A DNA stretch of 64,000 nt from the human T2T-CHM13v2.0 reference genome, Homo sapiens, in assembly GCF_009914755.1 (NCBI RefSeq), contig NC_060926.1; one strand, written 5' to 3'. This document shows positions 30,601 through 49,055 of the stretch, piece by piece (within the stretch, counting starts at the first letter, position 1; each line of letters opens with the position of its first letter). A model generated the notes under the pieces. It was not told the origin of the DNA. It did no database searches and saw only the letters and a list, made by a program, of their open reading frames with translations. Made by a program: the position numbers and the translations under genes.

Positions 30601-32197
30601 AAACAGTGTCCCTGAGCTCACAAATGGGTGTAGGGTTGGCCATGAGGCTGAGGGGTTGTGCAGTAAAACCAATGATAGGGATCTACAAAGAATCTTAGAG
30701 GTACTTAGAGAAGGAACAGATGTTCCTTCGCTCTCATCCAGCCATTAGTGGGGAGAGGTGGTGGTCAGGAAACACTTCCTGGAAGACAGAACACCTGAGA
30801 GAATTCAAAATGAGAGGAGATCCACGTGGGTGAGTAGCCTTGTTTTGGCCTTAGGTAGAACAGAATTTAGTTTCTACTTTCTCTGATGAGGCAGAGACGG
30901 GCAAGATGGCAAGTCTTCTTGACTGTAAGTCACAAACTGATAAACCCAAACCACATTGTCTCAGGGCAATTGCTAACTAGAATTTCTGCTTTCAATTACT
31001 AAAAATAGTTTCTTCTAATAATTTTTTCTCACAGAGATGAAAACAGCTATTCCTCAGAGTCAGAGCTGGGGAGTATCTTCCTCAGTGATCACTTAGATTT
31101 TAGCCCCTTTGGATGGCTTCTAAATAAGTGTATGCTGTGGTAGCTACACTACATATCTATGGGATGCTTGCAAGAATACAAAAATGAACTTTACTAGTTA
31201 TGAGAGACTACATTGCTGAAGCCAATGGACTCTAAAGTACAGTGGTTCAAACCCAATAGAAGATTATCACACATAAAGCAGGGTGAATATTCCAAGTCAG
31301 CAGCAACGGTCTTCCGCATGGAAAATCAGGACTGCGAGCTCCTCCATCTGAGATTCAGCTTTCCTAAGGTCTTGATGTCTCTTTGGTCCAGTTAAAGGAA
31401 GTGGGGTGGGGAAGGAAGGTGTGGACACTTTCTTAAAGGGCTACGCTAGGGACTGGTACACCATATTTCTCCTTATATTTTGTTGGCAAAAATTAATCAC
31501 ATGGCCACAGACAGCTGCAAGAGCTGCTGGGAAAGTTAGTTCCAGGTTGCGCAACTGCTTCCAGTCATAACTCTATTTCTATGGACGAGGAAGATCTTGG
31601 TGAGCAGCTATTGTCTTACTCACAAAAACTGAGAGAAAGAAAATGGATAAAATGGATAGCCACAGAAAATCTAAGTTAAGTCACTAATAAAAATGCCTCT
31701 CTGCTCCAGAATGTTTTATTATTATTTGCTTGGTAATATAAATACCTGACCAGAAATACCCTTCTTAAAAGCTTCAGATACAAGCCCATCCATATATGAG
31801 CAACAACCAGGTGATTATATATTGTTCATTAGTTAAAACCCTGGTTCCTTTTTTTTTAATTCCATGAATCTGATAATGAGATAGTATTCACAGCAGGAAG
31901 TCATGGGAAGCTGTCAGATTTTTCTAATCAGAGCAATTTAAAAACATAAATATTTTTCAATGCCTTTCCTACACTAAATATTTTGGGGTAATAGTTTTAA
32001 AAAACACTGTCATAAATAGATATATTTATATACATACACACACAATTAAGACCGAAATACAAGTGATGTAACTCAGTAATATTACTGATTGCTAAAGGGG
32101 TTGTTCAGGAAAAAATGTAGGTCAGAAGGCATGGTGAAAGGAAGATTAGTGCAAAGCCTGAGCTATGGGTAAAATGTTGATAGGTATAACGGATGGG

Positions 32198-32622
32198 GAT
32201 ATAGATTGGATGTTTGTCCCCCCTTCAAATCTCATGTTGAGATGTGATCCCCAATATTGGAGGTGGGGCCTGGTGGGAGGTGATCGGATCACAGGGGCGG
32301 ATCCCTCATGAATGGTTTAGCACCATCCTTTTGGTGATAAGTGAGTTCTTACTCTGAGTTAATGAGATACCTGGTTGTTTAAAAAGTGTGTGGCACCATC
32401 CCCCTCAACTCTCTGTTGCTACCACTCTCACCATGTGAGACATCACTTCTCCCCTTCACCTTCCGCCATGATCAGAATCTTCCTGAGACCGTCACCAGAA
32501 GCCAAGCAGATGTTGGTGCCATGCTTGTACAGCCTGCAGAATTGTGAGCCAATTAAACCGCTTTTCTTTATTAATTATCCAGTCTCAGTATTCCTTTATG
32601 GTAACACCAGAATGGCCTAACA
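32198..32622 (+). mobile_element. MaLR LTR (MSTA/MSTB-like)
   Basis: caaatctcatgttgagatgtgatcccc...gtacagcctgcagaattgtgagccaattaaac. Confidence 0.88.
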
Positions 32623-32912
32623 TGAATGGGAAGTCATTACATGTATCAGAGTTTCAGAAGCAGATGAGAACAAAACATATGCAGGGCAGAGGGGAGATCA
32701 TCATCATGAATGCAGAAGTTGATAACAGTGACTCATTATGATGGAGATTTTCCATGAATGAGATGAGGGTCGGAGAACAGGAGTTAACCTTCTATTCCCT
32801 AGGTGAAGATGAGGCAAAAAGTAGTATGTGTAGCTTAAAAACAGACCGATGACATTCTGTTACTGTCTTCATTGAAACATTATGAAACATCAGTTTAAAT
32901 ATGTTATATTTA

Positions 32913-33303
<391 letters not shown>

Positions 33304-33381
33304 TTAAAAAAATTTTTTAGCCTGGGATAGATTTCAGGTTTGAAGCACCTGAAACAATTTTCAGATGAAAAATAAGATTCT

Positions 33382-33747
<366 letters not shown>

Positions 33748-33796
33748 TTAATTGATAAACATTGACAAGCACCTTAAGATAGATTCATAGAATCTA

Positions 33797-34360
33797 TGTA
33801 GTAGGCAGAATTTTAAAAGTAGCCACTAAGATTCCTATCCCCTGGCTCTTCAACCAAACACAAATCTAGGCAATGCTATGAAGCAATTTTGCAGGGATAA
33901 TTACAGTCCCAAGTTAGTTGACTTTAAGATATGGAGGCAGTGAGTTATCTCTGGCTGAGAGCAAAAGATGATGTCAGAGAGATCGACAAGGCATGAGAAG
34001 AACTTATTGGGCCATTCCTGACTTTGAAGATAGAGCAGACCACATGAAAAAGAATGTGGATGGCCTTTAGAAGCAGCAAGTGGCCTCTGAGTGGCAGCCA
34101 CCAAGGAAACAAAACCTCAGTTGCAAGGAACTAGATGCTACCAACAACCTGAATGGAGTTGGAAGATTCTTTCTGAAAGCTTCCACATAAGAGCCCAGTC
34201 TGGCCAACACTTTGATTTCAGCCTTGTGAGACTCTAAGCAGAGAGCCCGGTTGAGCCCCTCCAGACTTCTGACCCTCAGAACTATGAGCTAATATGTAAA
34301 TGTTGCTTTGAGCTGCTAAGCATGTGGCGATTTGTTATATAGCAGTAGAAAACTAATACA
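33797..34360 (+). mobile_element. MaLR LTR (MLT1D/E-like)
   Basis: tgtagtaggcagaatt...gcagtagaaaactaataca. Confidence 0.85.
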
Positions 34361-34390
34361 CATAGATATGTGAATGAGATTCAAGCAGAT

Positions 34391-35178
<788 letters not shown>

Positions 35179-36015
35179 AATTCAAGACCCAGTTTTAATC
35201 TTCCATGAAATCCTTCCTGATCACCCCAGAGTGATCCTTTTTTCCTCTCTACTTTTACAGGACTTAGTTTTTTATCATTCTGGAATCAGATATCACAAAT
35301 TACCTGGTACTTTGTGTACCTAACTTGTTTTATCCCCCCAGATGATGAGCTCCTTGATGGCAAGAATCAAGTCTTTGCAATTTCTGCTTCTAAGAGTTCG
35401 AGATTATAGGAGGAGGTGGTATGCAAGCCAGATTTTCAAGAATTTTCTATCAAAAAATACAAATGAAATGTTCTTGAGGATGAGCAAATGGCTATTGATT
35501 TCTCTCAATAAATAAGAACCTGAGACAATACTCAGTTGCTAAGATCAATGTTAAAGATCTGTGAGTGCTAGCCTGACCAGGGTACTATTGCTACATAATG
35601 GGCAAACCAGAATGACTGGTTTGACTCATAAAGGTATAATTGAGACCCTCCTCCATTTATGAGTCTGTTTTATTCTTAGTGCCAGTTATTACTCCATAAC
35701 CATGCTTTCACCCTGTTCCTGTTTGCTGCTGAAGCTGTGATCCTGGCAGGGCATTAAAGCCTGGCTTGCAAATTCTAATGTTTTTTTCTTAGGTAATCAT
35801 GTGAAAACAGTCCTACCAGCCTCTAGATGCAATATCATTTATTTCCAAGAAGCTCCTTAATTCACATCTTTTTGATGCACATCTATTATAAGTGGATTTC
35901 ATCCATGTACTTTTATGCATAAGCCACTAATGCAAATAATTTAAATATTTTTAATGTCCACATGTTATAAACTGGTAGACTGATTCTGTAAAGGATTGGC
36001 AATGCACTCACATAG

Positions 36016-36534
<519 letters not shown>

Positions 36535-36555
36535 TAACCTGAGGTTAGAATGCCT

Positions 36556-36874
<319 letters not shown>

Positions 36875-37169
36875 TCATGGCATTCAATGGTGACTGGACC
36901 TGGTAAGTTTAGGAACAAAATCAAATGTGGTTTTCTTTTTCTTTTTTCAGTTAAAAAAAGATTTTAAGATTTGCCAGCAATATTTTTACTGGATCCTCAG
37001 CCTCAAGTACCCTACAATTGTTCTTCTACTTTTAGACTAATCTATTCACCCCTTTTCCCGTTTTGCAGTAATTCAGAAAGTATCTTAAAGTCCTACTCAG
37101 TCCCTTCCACCACTGCCATATTCAAGTACGTATTGAACAAATCCAGGATATTCTACCTCCAAAATATCT

Positions 37170-37492
37170 TTCTTTCTTTCTTTTTTATTATTTATTTTTT
37201 TGAGATGGAGTTTTGCTCTTGTTGCCCAGGCTGAAGTGCAATGGCACAAACTCGGCTCACCACAGCCTCCATCTCCACCTCCCGTGTTCAAGCGATTCTC
37301 CTGCCTCAGCCTCCCGAGTAGCTGGGATTGTAGGCACGCGCCGCCACCATGCCCAGCTAATTTTGTGTTTTTAGTAGAGACAGGGTTTCTCCATGTTGGT
37401 CAGGCTGGTCTTGAACTCCCCACCTCAGGTGATCCGCCCGCCTCAGCCTCCCAAACTGTTGGGATTACAAGCGTGAGCCACCGCGCCCAGCC
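37170..37492 (-). mobile_element. AluS
   Basis: Antisense dimer, TSD caaaatatcttt. Confidence 0.95.
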
Positions 37493-37823
37493 TCTCAAAA
37501 TATCTTTCAAAATCATTCTCATGTCTCCATCTTCATCCCCCTCCTTTGGTTAAGATCTCCAGTCTCCTGGCCTTTCTTCCCTGCAAACTTGAGCTGAAAT
37601 GATTTTTCTAAAACATCAACCTAGTCATAACTCTCACTGTTTTGCTTAAAATCCTCCATATCATTTCCATCAGGGTATACTTTAAACTCATGAGCTAGAC
37701 AGACCATGCCTTTGCCTGCTTTGCCAACTTTAACTCCTGTCTTCTCCCCCTTCTTTTGCTTCAGTATTTCTCAAAGTATAGTCTTTGGACCATCCCCAAA
37801 AGAATTGCCACTTATTAAAATTA

Positions 37824-38138
<315 letters not shown>

Positions 38139-38315
38139 TTACAGATCACTGGGCCCTGTCTGAGGCCTGTAGAATCTGAAACCATGAAGGTAGGATCCAG
38201 AAATCTTTCTGGTTAACAAGCATCACCTCTGAATTGATTCTTAGGCAACATGAAAACAGAATAGCTGCTAGTAGCTACTTCTTCAGTGCCTCACATTCTC
38301 TCTTCTTCTTGCCTT

Positions 38316-39238
<923 letters not shown>

Positions 39239-39719
39239 GAGTCACCTCGGGAAGCCTTCCCTGACCCTGCTAGGCTGTCTAAGGAACTAGCTTCTGCATT
39301 GCCCTTATCAATATTATCAAAAAATAACAATATTTGTTATTGTTGGTGATGATTCTTTTACCACCAGATTAGATGCTTATAAATGGGGACTGTTTCTTTC
39401 ATCTCTGTCCACAGAGTTTGGCAGAGTTCTGCGGATGTTGTGGTTCCTAGTAAGTATTTGTACATTTGTGAATAAATAAATGTACAATTTTCAGATCTTA
39501 GTATCTTCAGTATCTTCACATAATTTGATACGAGGAAAAAATTAAGAGTTTCTTAAACTCAGGGAATTTTGCTTTTTTCTAGTAGACAGTCATTGATTGT
39601 AACTCATAGCATCAATAATTCCAATCACTGGTAGACAACAGTTTTGTAGATAAAAACACTTGTTTCTCTGAATTTTTCATTTTTTCCCGAGGATGCCCTG
39701 AGCTCTGATGTACTGTGCT

Positions 39720-39842
39720 ATAGGAAAGACAGATGGATCTGGGAGTTGGACAGTCCTGGATTTCAATCTCAGCTCCGCCAAGCGCTAGCTGTGTGACTTT
39801 TAGCAAGTTTTTAAATTTCTCTGAGTCTGTTTCCTCATTGTG
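39720..39842 (+). mobile_element. MIR
   Basis: ctagctgtgtgactttt...tctctgagtctgtttcctcat. Confidence 0.75.
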
Positions 39843-40189
39843 TGAGTCAGAGAAGCCTTTCTACACATGAACAGAAGTAATGATAGTATGCAGTCATAGA
39901 GGGAAAATGGTATGGAACAAAATACAGTGTGTAAGACAATAGCAGGTAGTGAAAAAAGATCATTCTCTTTTCTTTATAGTAAAAAAGGAACTTAAATTGT
40001 TACTGCATTTCTGTTGTTTGTTAAGTGTTTTGTTAGATGTTGGAGATGGAAGAGTAATGGATAAAAATAGAGAGATTATATACTTTCTAATTCAAGAGAT
40101 AGTATTTTTGAGAGAGCTTGTAAGGTATTGAGCATTATAAACAAATTAATAAACCAATTTTATTAATTTTTATACACAAAAAAGTCTCA

Positions 40190-40990
40190 GCTACAAGGAG
40201 ACTGCCAGTTGTCCTCTAGAATCCGTTCTCTCCTTCTTCTACAGTAGTAGAATCCTTAACTTTAAGCCAAGTACATGGCCACCTGGAATAAAAAGGTTAC
40301 AGTTACATGTGACCATATGTCTTACTTTTGGCTAATGTAGTATGAATATAATGTAAGGAAATTCCAGGAAGCATCCTTAAAGAGAAGAATGCTCTTCTTC
40401 CATTTTCTTATTTATTTGTTTATTTATTTATTTGTTTGTTTGTTTGTTTATTTGAGACTGAGTCTCACTCTGTTGCCCAGGCTGAAGTGCAGTGGCTCAA
40501 TCTCAGCTCGCTGCAAACTCTGCCTCCCGGTTCAAGTGATTCTCATGCCTCAGCCTCCCGAGTAGCTGGGATTACAGGCACATGCCATCACGCCCAGCTA
40601 ATTTTTGTATTTTTAGTAGACGCAGGGTTTCACCATGTTGTCCAGGCTGGTCACGAACTCCTGACCTCAAGTGATCCGCCTGCCTCAGCCTCCCAAGGTG
40701 CTGGGATTACAGGCGTGAGCCACCTCTCCTGGCCCCATTTTCTTCTTTTTGCTGATAGATGGTGGACTTGATAATTGGAGTAAGAAAAGTCACTGGGGCC
40801 ATAATGTAGAAGCTATGTGTTGAGGATGGAGAAGCAGCAAAACTCAAGGAGCTTGGTCCCTGATGGTCTCAAGATGCTATCATATTAGACATATATTGCC
40901 TGTGTTTATCTGAGAGACAAATAAACTTTAACTCACTGTTTGGGGGGGCTTTCTATCACTCACAGCTGAAGTTAATCCTAATGCAAACTA
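40190..40990 (+). mobile_element. MLT1-type LTR split by Alu
   Basis: catgtgaccatatg...ggctaatg; ctcacagctgaagttaatcctaat end. Confidence 0.55.
40405..40734 (-). mobile_element. AluS
   Basis: Antisense dimer, TSD ccattttctt. Confidence 0.95.
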
Positions 40991-41021
40991 ATAGGTATTT
41001 ACAAAACTTCAAGCTGCCTTT

Positions 41022-41114
41022 CCAGTCTGGTCTCGAACTCCTGGCCTCAAGCAGTCCTCCCACCTTGGCCTCCCAGAGTGTTGAGATTACAGGCATGAGC
41101 CACTGTGCCTGGTC
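41022..41114 (-). mobile_element. Alu left-arm fragment
   Basis: ctggtctcgaactcctggcctcaag. Confidence 0.85.
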
Positions 41115-41336
41115 CTTTTTTTGAGTTTTTAATGCAGAAAGGGTTATGTCATAATGGTGAGTTAAAACAATGCAGGAGACAACGTTGTGTGTGCAAAAAT
41201 ACATAGAAGACATATAGGAAGAAAATATACCGAAGTATTAATTTATTGGCTTAAGATAATAGAAAAATGGGTAGGTTTTTTTCCAGTTTCATATTTCTGT
41301 ATTTCCCCCCAGTTTTTAATTAAAAATTATATTTTC

Positions 41337-41614
41337 CTTTTTTTTGAGACAGAGTCTCACTCTGTCGCCCAGGCTGGAGTGCAGTGGCGCGACCTCGGCT
41401 CACTGCAAGCTCCGCCCTCCCGGGTTCACGCCATTCTCCTGCCTCAGCCTCCCGAGTAGCTGGGACTACACGCGCCCACCACCACGCCCGGCTAATTTTT
41501 TGTATTTTTAGTAGAGACGGGGTTTCACCGTGGTCTCGATCTCCTGACCTCGTGATCTGCTCGCCTCGGCCTCCCAAAGTGCTGGGATTACAAGCGTGAG
41601 CCACCGTGCCCGGC
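41337..41614 (-). mobile_element. AluY-like
   Basis: CpG-rich; gcaagctccgcc, ttcacgccattctcc, ctcgatctcc diagnostics. Confidence 0.9.
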
Positions 41615-41837
41615 CTATTTTCCATTTTTTTAGTGGATATACATTTCAGTTCAATTAGTAGTAGTCATTGTACACATCTCAGTGCTTTTGTTATCCTGTA
41701 GTTCTAAAAACTTGACGTCATTTCCTATATCTGGAGTTGATCACAGCAAAGTGGTTGAGAGCATGACTCTTGAGTCAGCCAGTCCTGGGTTCAGTATTGC
41801 ATTCTGACTGTTTGACCTCTGGCAAGTTACTTATCTG

Positions 41838-42151
<314 letters not shown>

Positions 42152-42675
42152 CAGGTAAGTTACTTATCTGAACCCCAGTTTCTTTATCTGTAAACTAGGC
42201 ATGATAATTTTACCTATTTCATAAGATTATGGCCTGAATTAAATAAGGTAATGGGTATAAAAACTGCTTAGCACCATGTGCATAGTAAGCAGTCAATACA
42301 TTCTGCATAATATAGTTATTATATCTATTTCTATGTATCAATAGAGTCTACTTACTGGCATTTTCACCAGCCACATAATGTCAGTATTTTATAGCTTGCT
42401 TAGCTCTGTCCTTACTACTAGAAATGGATGTTGTTTTCAATTTTTCATTAGTAGATGAAATAGACTTGAATTATTCAAGAGAAGAGGCTCTCCCTAGCCA
42501 GAGAGTCATGGGTGAAAGCTAAGGTGACTATCTATGATCTGCTAATAAGAAAACTATAGCATTTAAAATCAGGACTGTTTCAGAAATCCTGGAATATTAT
42601 TACTGATAACAATTTAGCAAGTGGTTAAAAAACAAATGGCATGGTGTTCCAATAAATATGTATTAATTTGTTTTA

Positions 42676-43020
<345 letters not shown>

Positions 43021-43729
43021 TCAACTAGTAAGCTTTTCAGTTTTTTCTAGTGTTCCCCTCAGGGTGGTCAAGGGTTTATTTTTATTGGAAATTATATTGT
43101 AACAGAAGTACAAAGTAACACATGCTCAATTATAAAAGAAAAATCATAAAAGAAACATCAGGAGGGTTAAAAGTAAAACAAGGAAAGAAATCAGCATGTA
43201 TTCTTTTGAAACAATAGAAAGAATTCCTATTCATTTTAAATTAAATACTAATAAAGTCTTGCTTTCCATAAAGGGATAAATAAATCTGTTACTATTTTTA
43301 TTAAGAGACAATCTGGATGATTGGAGAGCTATACTTATTTAACCAGATCCTAAGATAAATTAGTAGTTGTTCACCCAGTATTTCATGTTTCCCAATACCT
43401 CCCAGCCTCCTTGTCAGTTTAGGGCCATATGACCAGTCCTTCCTGGTAGACTGTGAGCAGAAGTGATTATGTTTGGGCCACTATACTTAAGCCTGGGCAA
43501 CATAGCAAGACACCATCTCTTTTTAAAAAAAAAAAAAAAGGGATATGAAAGACTTTTATTCACTATGAATACTTTATCATATATATATAATGAACTTCCT
43601 CCATTTTATAGAGTACAGGGAAAATTTATTGAGAACTTAATTCAGTGCCAAGCCCTGTTAAAAATATACCATTCTAATATAGTACATTAAATTCTAAGTG
43701 AATTATATGTATTAACATTAACTCATTAT

Positions 43730-43900
43730 AGCCTTAAAATAACCCTACAAAATGGATGCTATTATTATCCATTTTACAGATGAGGACAGTAGGCACAGAT
43801 GGGTTAAAGACCTGCCCAAGAGTACACAGATGGTGAATGATGAAGCCAGAATTTGAACCCAGGCAGTCTTTCTGGAGCTGCATGTACAGCCTTTACTAAT
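43730..43900 (-). mobile_element. MIR
   Basis: ccattttacagatgaggacag...atttgaacccaggcagtct. Confidence 0.85.
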
Positions 43901-44388
43901 TCCAAGCAACAACGTTTTGAATCTATGAATTCTGTGGTTAGATTTTGTGGTTTGCTTTTTTCCCCATGCCTTGCATGCAGTGCTTGAGTCACGTTTCCTC
44001 TTTGATGCCTTTGAAAAGTGACTCTTTGGTTTGGAAACCAGTTAAAATTCTTGCCCTAAGAAATGGTATATTTCAAAACATGAGTAAACATAGTATGAGC
44101 TGAGGATCAGTGCTTTAATTGCAACCAATTCAATTCAACAAAGTGTTTGTTGAGTAACTACTATATGCCAAGCTCTGTATTGTGTACTGGGGATACAATA
44201 GAGACGCTATCCTTGCCTCATAGGACCAAGCCACCATTACTGAGGGGTTTATGGTATTTTCCTCAGGTGTGTTAGTGAGGAAAAAAATCAGGACCATGGT
44301 GTTTTCTATCTATACTAAGCTACTAAGGAGGAACTTAGAAATTAAAACTCAGAATTTAATAATGTTTATTTACTCGTTTAAAATGCTA

Positions 44389-44709
<321 letters not shown>

Positions 44710-45111
44710 CTAATAAACCCATTATATAAACAGGTTGACAATAATGATATGTTTGATGAAAACAATTATTTCCAAAACAAAAAAAAAATGGTGAAAAGAG
44801 TGGCATTGGTTTTCTCTTCTTTTGGCTAGTCTCCATAATATCTTACTTAATAGAAGACAGGTAGGTTGTCATACCCACTTCTGCATTCGATCTATTGCAA
44901 TATGTTGTTTTAGTTGAAATATATGAAGAACATCTGGCCTCACACAGGTAGTTGGAAAAGGAGGGACATTTTAGTAGTCATTTCAGATTCAGATAAGTGT
45001 GGATATTCTTATTTGATATTACACCAAAACTTGACAAGTTGTAGTTTCCTAAAGGTTAGTAGCAATTTGAGATCTGACCTTCACATGCTGTTATATTAAA
45101 ATCAACTTATC

Positions 45112-45409
45112 TGGCCGAGCGCAGTGGCTCATGCTTGTAATCCCAGGGCTTTGGGAGGCCAAGGAGGGTAGATCACCTGAGATCAGGAGTTTGAGGCCAG
45201 CCTGGCCAACATCATGAAACCCCATCTCCACTAAAAATACAAAAATTATCTGGGCGTGGTTGTGCATGCCTCTAGTCCTGGCTACTTGGGAGGCTGAGGC
45301 AGGAGAATCACTTGAACTCAGGAGGCAGAGGTTGCAGTCAGCCGAGATCATGCCACTGCACTACAGCCTGAGTGACAAAGTGAGACTCCATCTCAAAAAA
45401 AAAAAAAAA
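45112..45409 (+). mobile_element. AluS
   Basis: Dimer. Confidence 0.95.
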
Positions 45410-45899
45410 CCAATTTATCTGTCATGCTTTGAATAAGTATTTCACCACTGCATGATTGTACAATATCACACATTGTTCATTCAGAAAACATTGGTCTATT
45501 GAGTTATACAGATCTTCCCAATGTTGACACATCTCACTATACAAAACCCAGAAAAATCATGTTCATTAACATCACCACCAATCTCATTGGAAAGGACTTT
45601 AAATACGGTGAAGCTGTCAAGTTCACAGTAGCAAACACAGGTTTTCGAAAATTCAGATTTTTTACTTGAAAGCTCCAATTCGATCACTGGTAAATTTGGA
45701 AATACTGTCAATTGTTTTCCCTGAAGTGACAGGCCCACTTTGTTCATTTTTGAAAAAATATCTGCCAAATACCCAAGCATGAATAACTGTAATTCGTCCA
45801 TCAGTCATTGTTTTAAATCAAAATGGTGTTCCATTAAAAAACAGTTAGTTCACCTTGCCCCTCAAACCACAGGTGCTTTTCCTCAAGATAGCTCCCTAG

Positions 45900-46344
<445 letters not shown>

Positions 46345-46835
46345 TGAAACTTGTATTTTAAATTTAATTCATTGTATTTATTTGCTACTAGTGCTTGGCA
46401 ATAAACAATGTAATGACTGTTATTACAGTTTGGTGCAACTGCCTTCATTGGTGCTAAGGCACCAGCAGTTTTACCCACCATTGGTTTGGTACCATCAATG
46501 TTAATATCGACACAATGAAAAAGGCAAACACTGTTTTAGTATAAAGAATAGTTTTGACTTCATGGATTTCCTGAAAGTGTTTTGGTGGCCTCGAGGGGGT
46601 TGCAGACCATATTTTTAGAACTGTCATGCTAGAAAATAACTGTATTTCCTCACGAAGACTTTAATATCTGAAATAGAACACCGGGGTAGATCACTGATTA
46701 CTATACATGCCCTTTTAATAAGATAAACACTATAAAATCACAGACATAAGAAAACAAAAGGATTTAGTACTCATTTAGCTTTTCTAGTGGATGTGCTTAG
46801 AAAGCAAACTTAGATTCAAAAGTTTAGAGACTTTA

Positions 46836-47032
46836 GGCCAGGCACGGTGTCTCACGCCTGTCATCCCGGCACTTTGGGAGGCTGAGGCAGGTGGATCACC
46901 TGAGGTCAGGAGTTCTAGACCAGCCTGGCAAACATGGCAAAACCATGTCTCTACTAAAAATACAAAAATTAGCCAGGTGTGGTGGCGGTGCCTATAATCC
47001 CAGCTACCTGGGAGCTGAGGCAGGAGAATTGT
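46836..47032 (+). mobile_element. 3'-truncated tailless Alu
   Basis: Stops at ggagaattgt; 18-bp direct repeat on both sides. Confidence 0.88.
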
Positions 47033-47164
47033 AAAAGTTTACAGACTTTAAATTTAGATTAGTTAATTCTTTTTGTTTTTAAGCATTAGAAGATCTATTA
47101 GTGAGATGGTTTTCTCTCTCTTGTTACTTGTTCTCTAAAAAATAATTATATTAATGAGAAAGGA

Positions 47165-48305
47165 TCCAAATGGACATTTCTCCAAAGAAGACATATGAAT
47201 GGCCAATAAACATATGAAAAGATGCTCAACATCACTAATCACGAGGGAAATGCAAATCAAAATCACAATGAGATACCACTTCCTACCCACTAGGATGGCT
47301 AGAAATTATGAAGTCAGACAACAATAAGTATCGGTGAGGATGTGGTGAAATTATAATCCTCATACACTGCTGGTGAGAATACTTAATAGTCCAGCTACTT
47401 TGGAAAACAATTTGGCAGTTCCGTAAACAATTAAACATAGTTACTGGCTGGTTGCAGTGGCTCACACCTGTAATCCCAGCATCTTGGGAGGTCGAGGTGG
47501 GAGGATTGCTTGAGACCAGGAGTTTGAGACCAGCCTGGCCAATATGGTAAAACCCCATCTCTGCTAAAAACACAAAAATTAGCCAGACATGATGGCACAC
47601 GCTTGTAATCACAGCTACTCAGGAGGCTGAGGCAGGAGAATCACTTGAAGCTGAGGCAGAGGTTGCAGTGAGCCGAGTCATGCCACTGCATTCCAGCCTG
47701 GGCAACAGACCAAGACTCCATCTCAAAAAAAAAAAAAAATAGAGTTACCATATGATCCAGCCATTCCTTACCCAGGTACATACCCAAAAGAAAGGAAAAC
47801 ATATGTCCGCACAAAAACTTGTATACAAATGTTTATGGTAGCATTATTCATAATAATAAAAATGTGAAAATAACCAAAATGTTCATCAACAGACAAATGA
47901 ATGAACAAAATTTGGTATATCCATTCGATGACCTATTATTTAGCCACAAAAAGGAATGAAGTACTAATATATGCTACAACATGGATGAACCTTGAAAACA
48001 TTACGTTGCCTGAAAGAAGTCAGTCACAGACCACATACTAATACAGTTTGACTCATATAAAAGCCCAAAATAGGGAAATCTGTAGAGACAGAAAGTAGAT
48101 TGGTGATTACTTCGGAGTAGGGTGGCGTGGGGCATGTGGGAGAATGTGCTAGCCAAAGGGATATGTGATTTCTTCTTGAGGTGATTAAAATGTTCTAAAC
48201 CATCTAAAAGATGGTTGCACACATAAAAAAAAAAAACATTGCGTTGTACACTTTAAATGGGTTAATTGTATGGAATGTGACTCATATCTCAATAAAGCTG
48301 TTAAA
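47165..48305 (+). mobile_element. L1MB-type 3' end interrupted by Alu
   Basis: catttctccaaagaagacat...gaaatgcaaatcaaa...atctcaataaagctgtt. Confidence 0.9.
47445..47739 (+). mobile_element. AluS inside L1
   Basis: Dimer. Confidence 0.95.
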
Positions 48306-48321
48306 ACTAATTACAGTATAG

Positions 48322-48656
<335 letters not shown>

Positions 48657-48751
48657 GAGAAATCATTTTATAGATGGGAAGACTGATCCCCAGAGAGATG
48701 AGGGGACTGACCCAAAGTCACAAAAACCTGGGAAAAGAACCCAGGTTTCTC

Positions 48752-49055
48752 TTTTTTTTTTTTTTTTGAGACATAGTCTCACTCTGTCGCCCAAGCTGGA
48801 GTGCAGTGGTGCGATCTTGGCTCACTGCAACCACCACCTCCTGCGTTCAAGTGATTCTCCTGACTTAGCCTACTGAGTAACTGAGTAGCTGGGACTACAG
48901 GCATGTGTCACCACGTCCAGATAATTTTTGAATTTTTAGTAGAGACAAGGTTTTTCCATGTTGGCCAGGCTGGTCTTGAACTCCTGACCTCAGGTGACCC
49001 ACCCACCTCGGCCTCCCAAAGTGCTGGGATTACAGGTGTGAGCCACTGTGTTCCG
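48752..49055 (-). mobile_element. AluS
   Basis: TSD agaac(c/g)caggtttct. Confidence 0.95.

Noticed and set aside
41713-41720. Second TGACGTCA and scattered TGAGTCA AP-1 sites
   Set aside because: Isolated short motifs without supporting context
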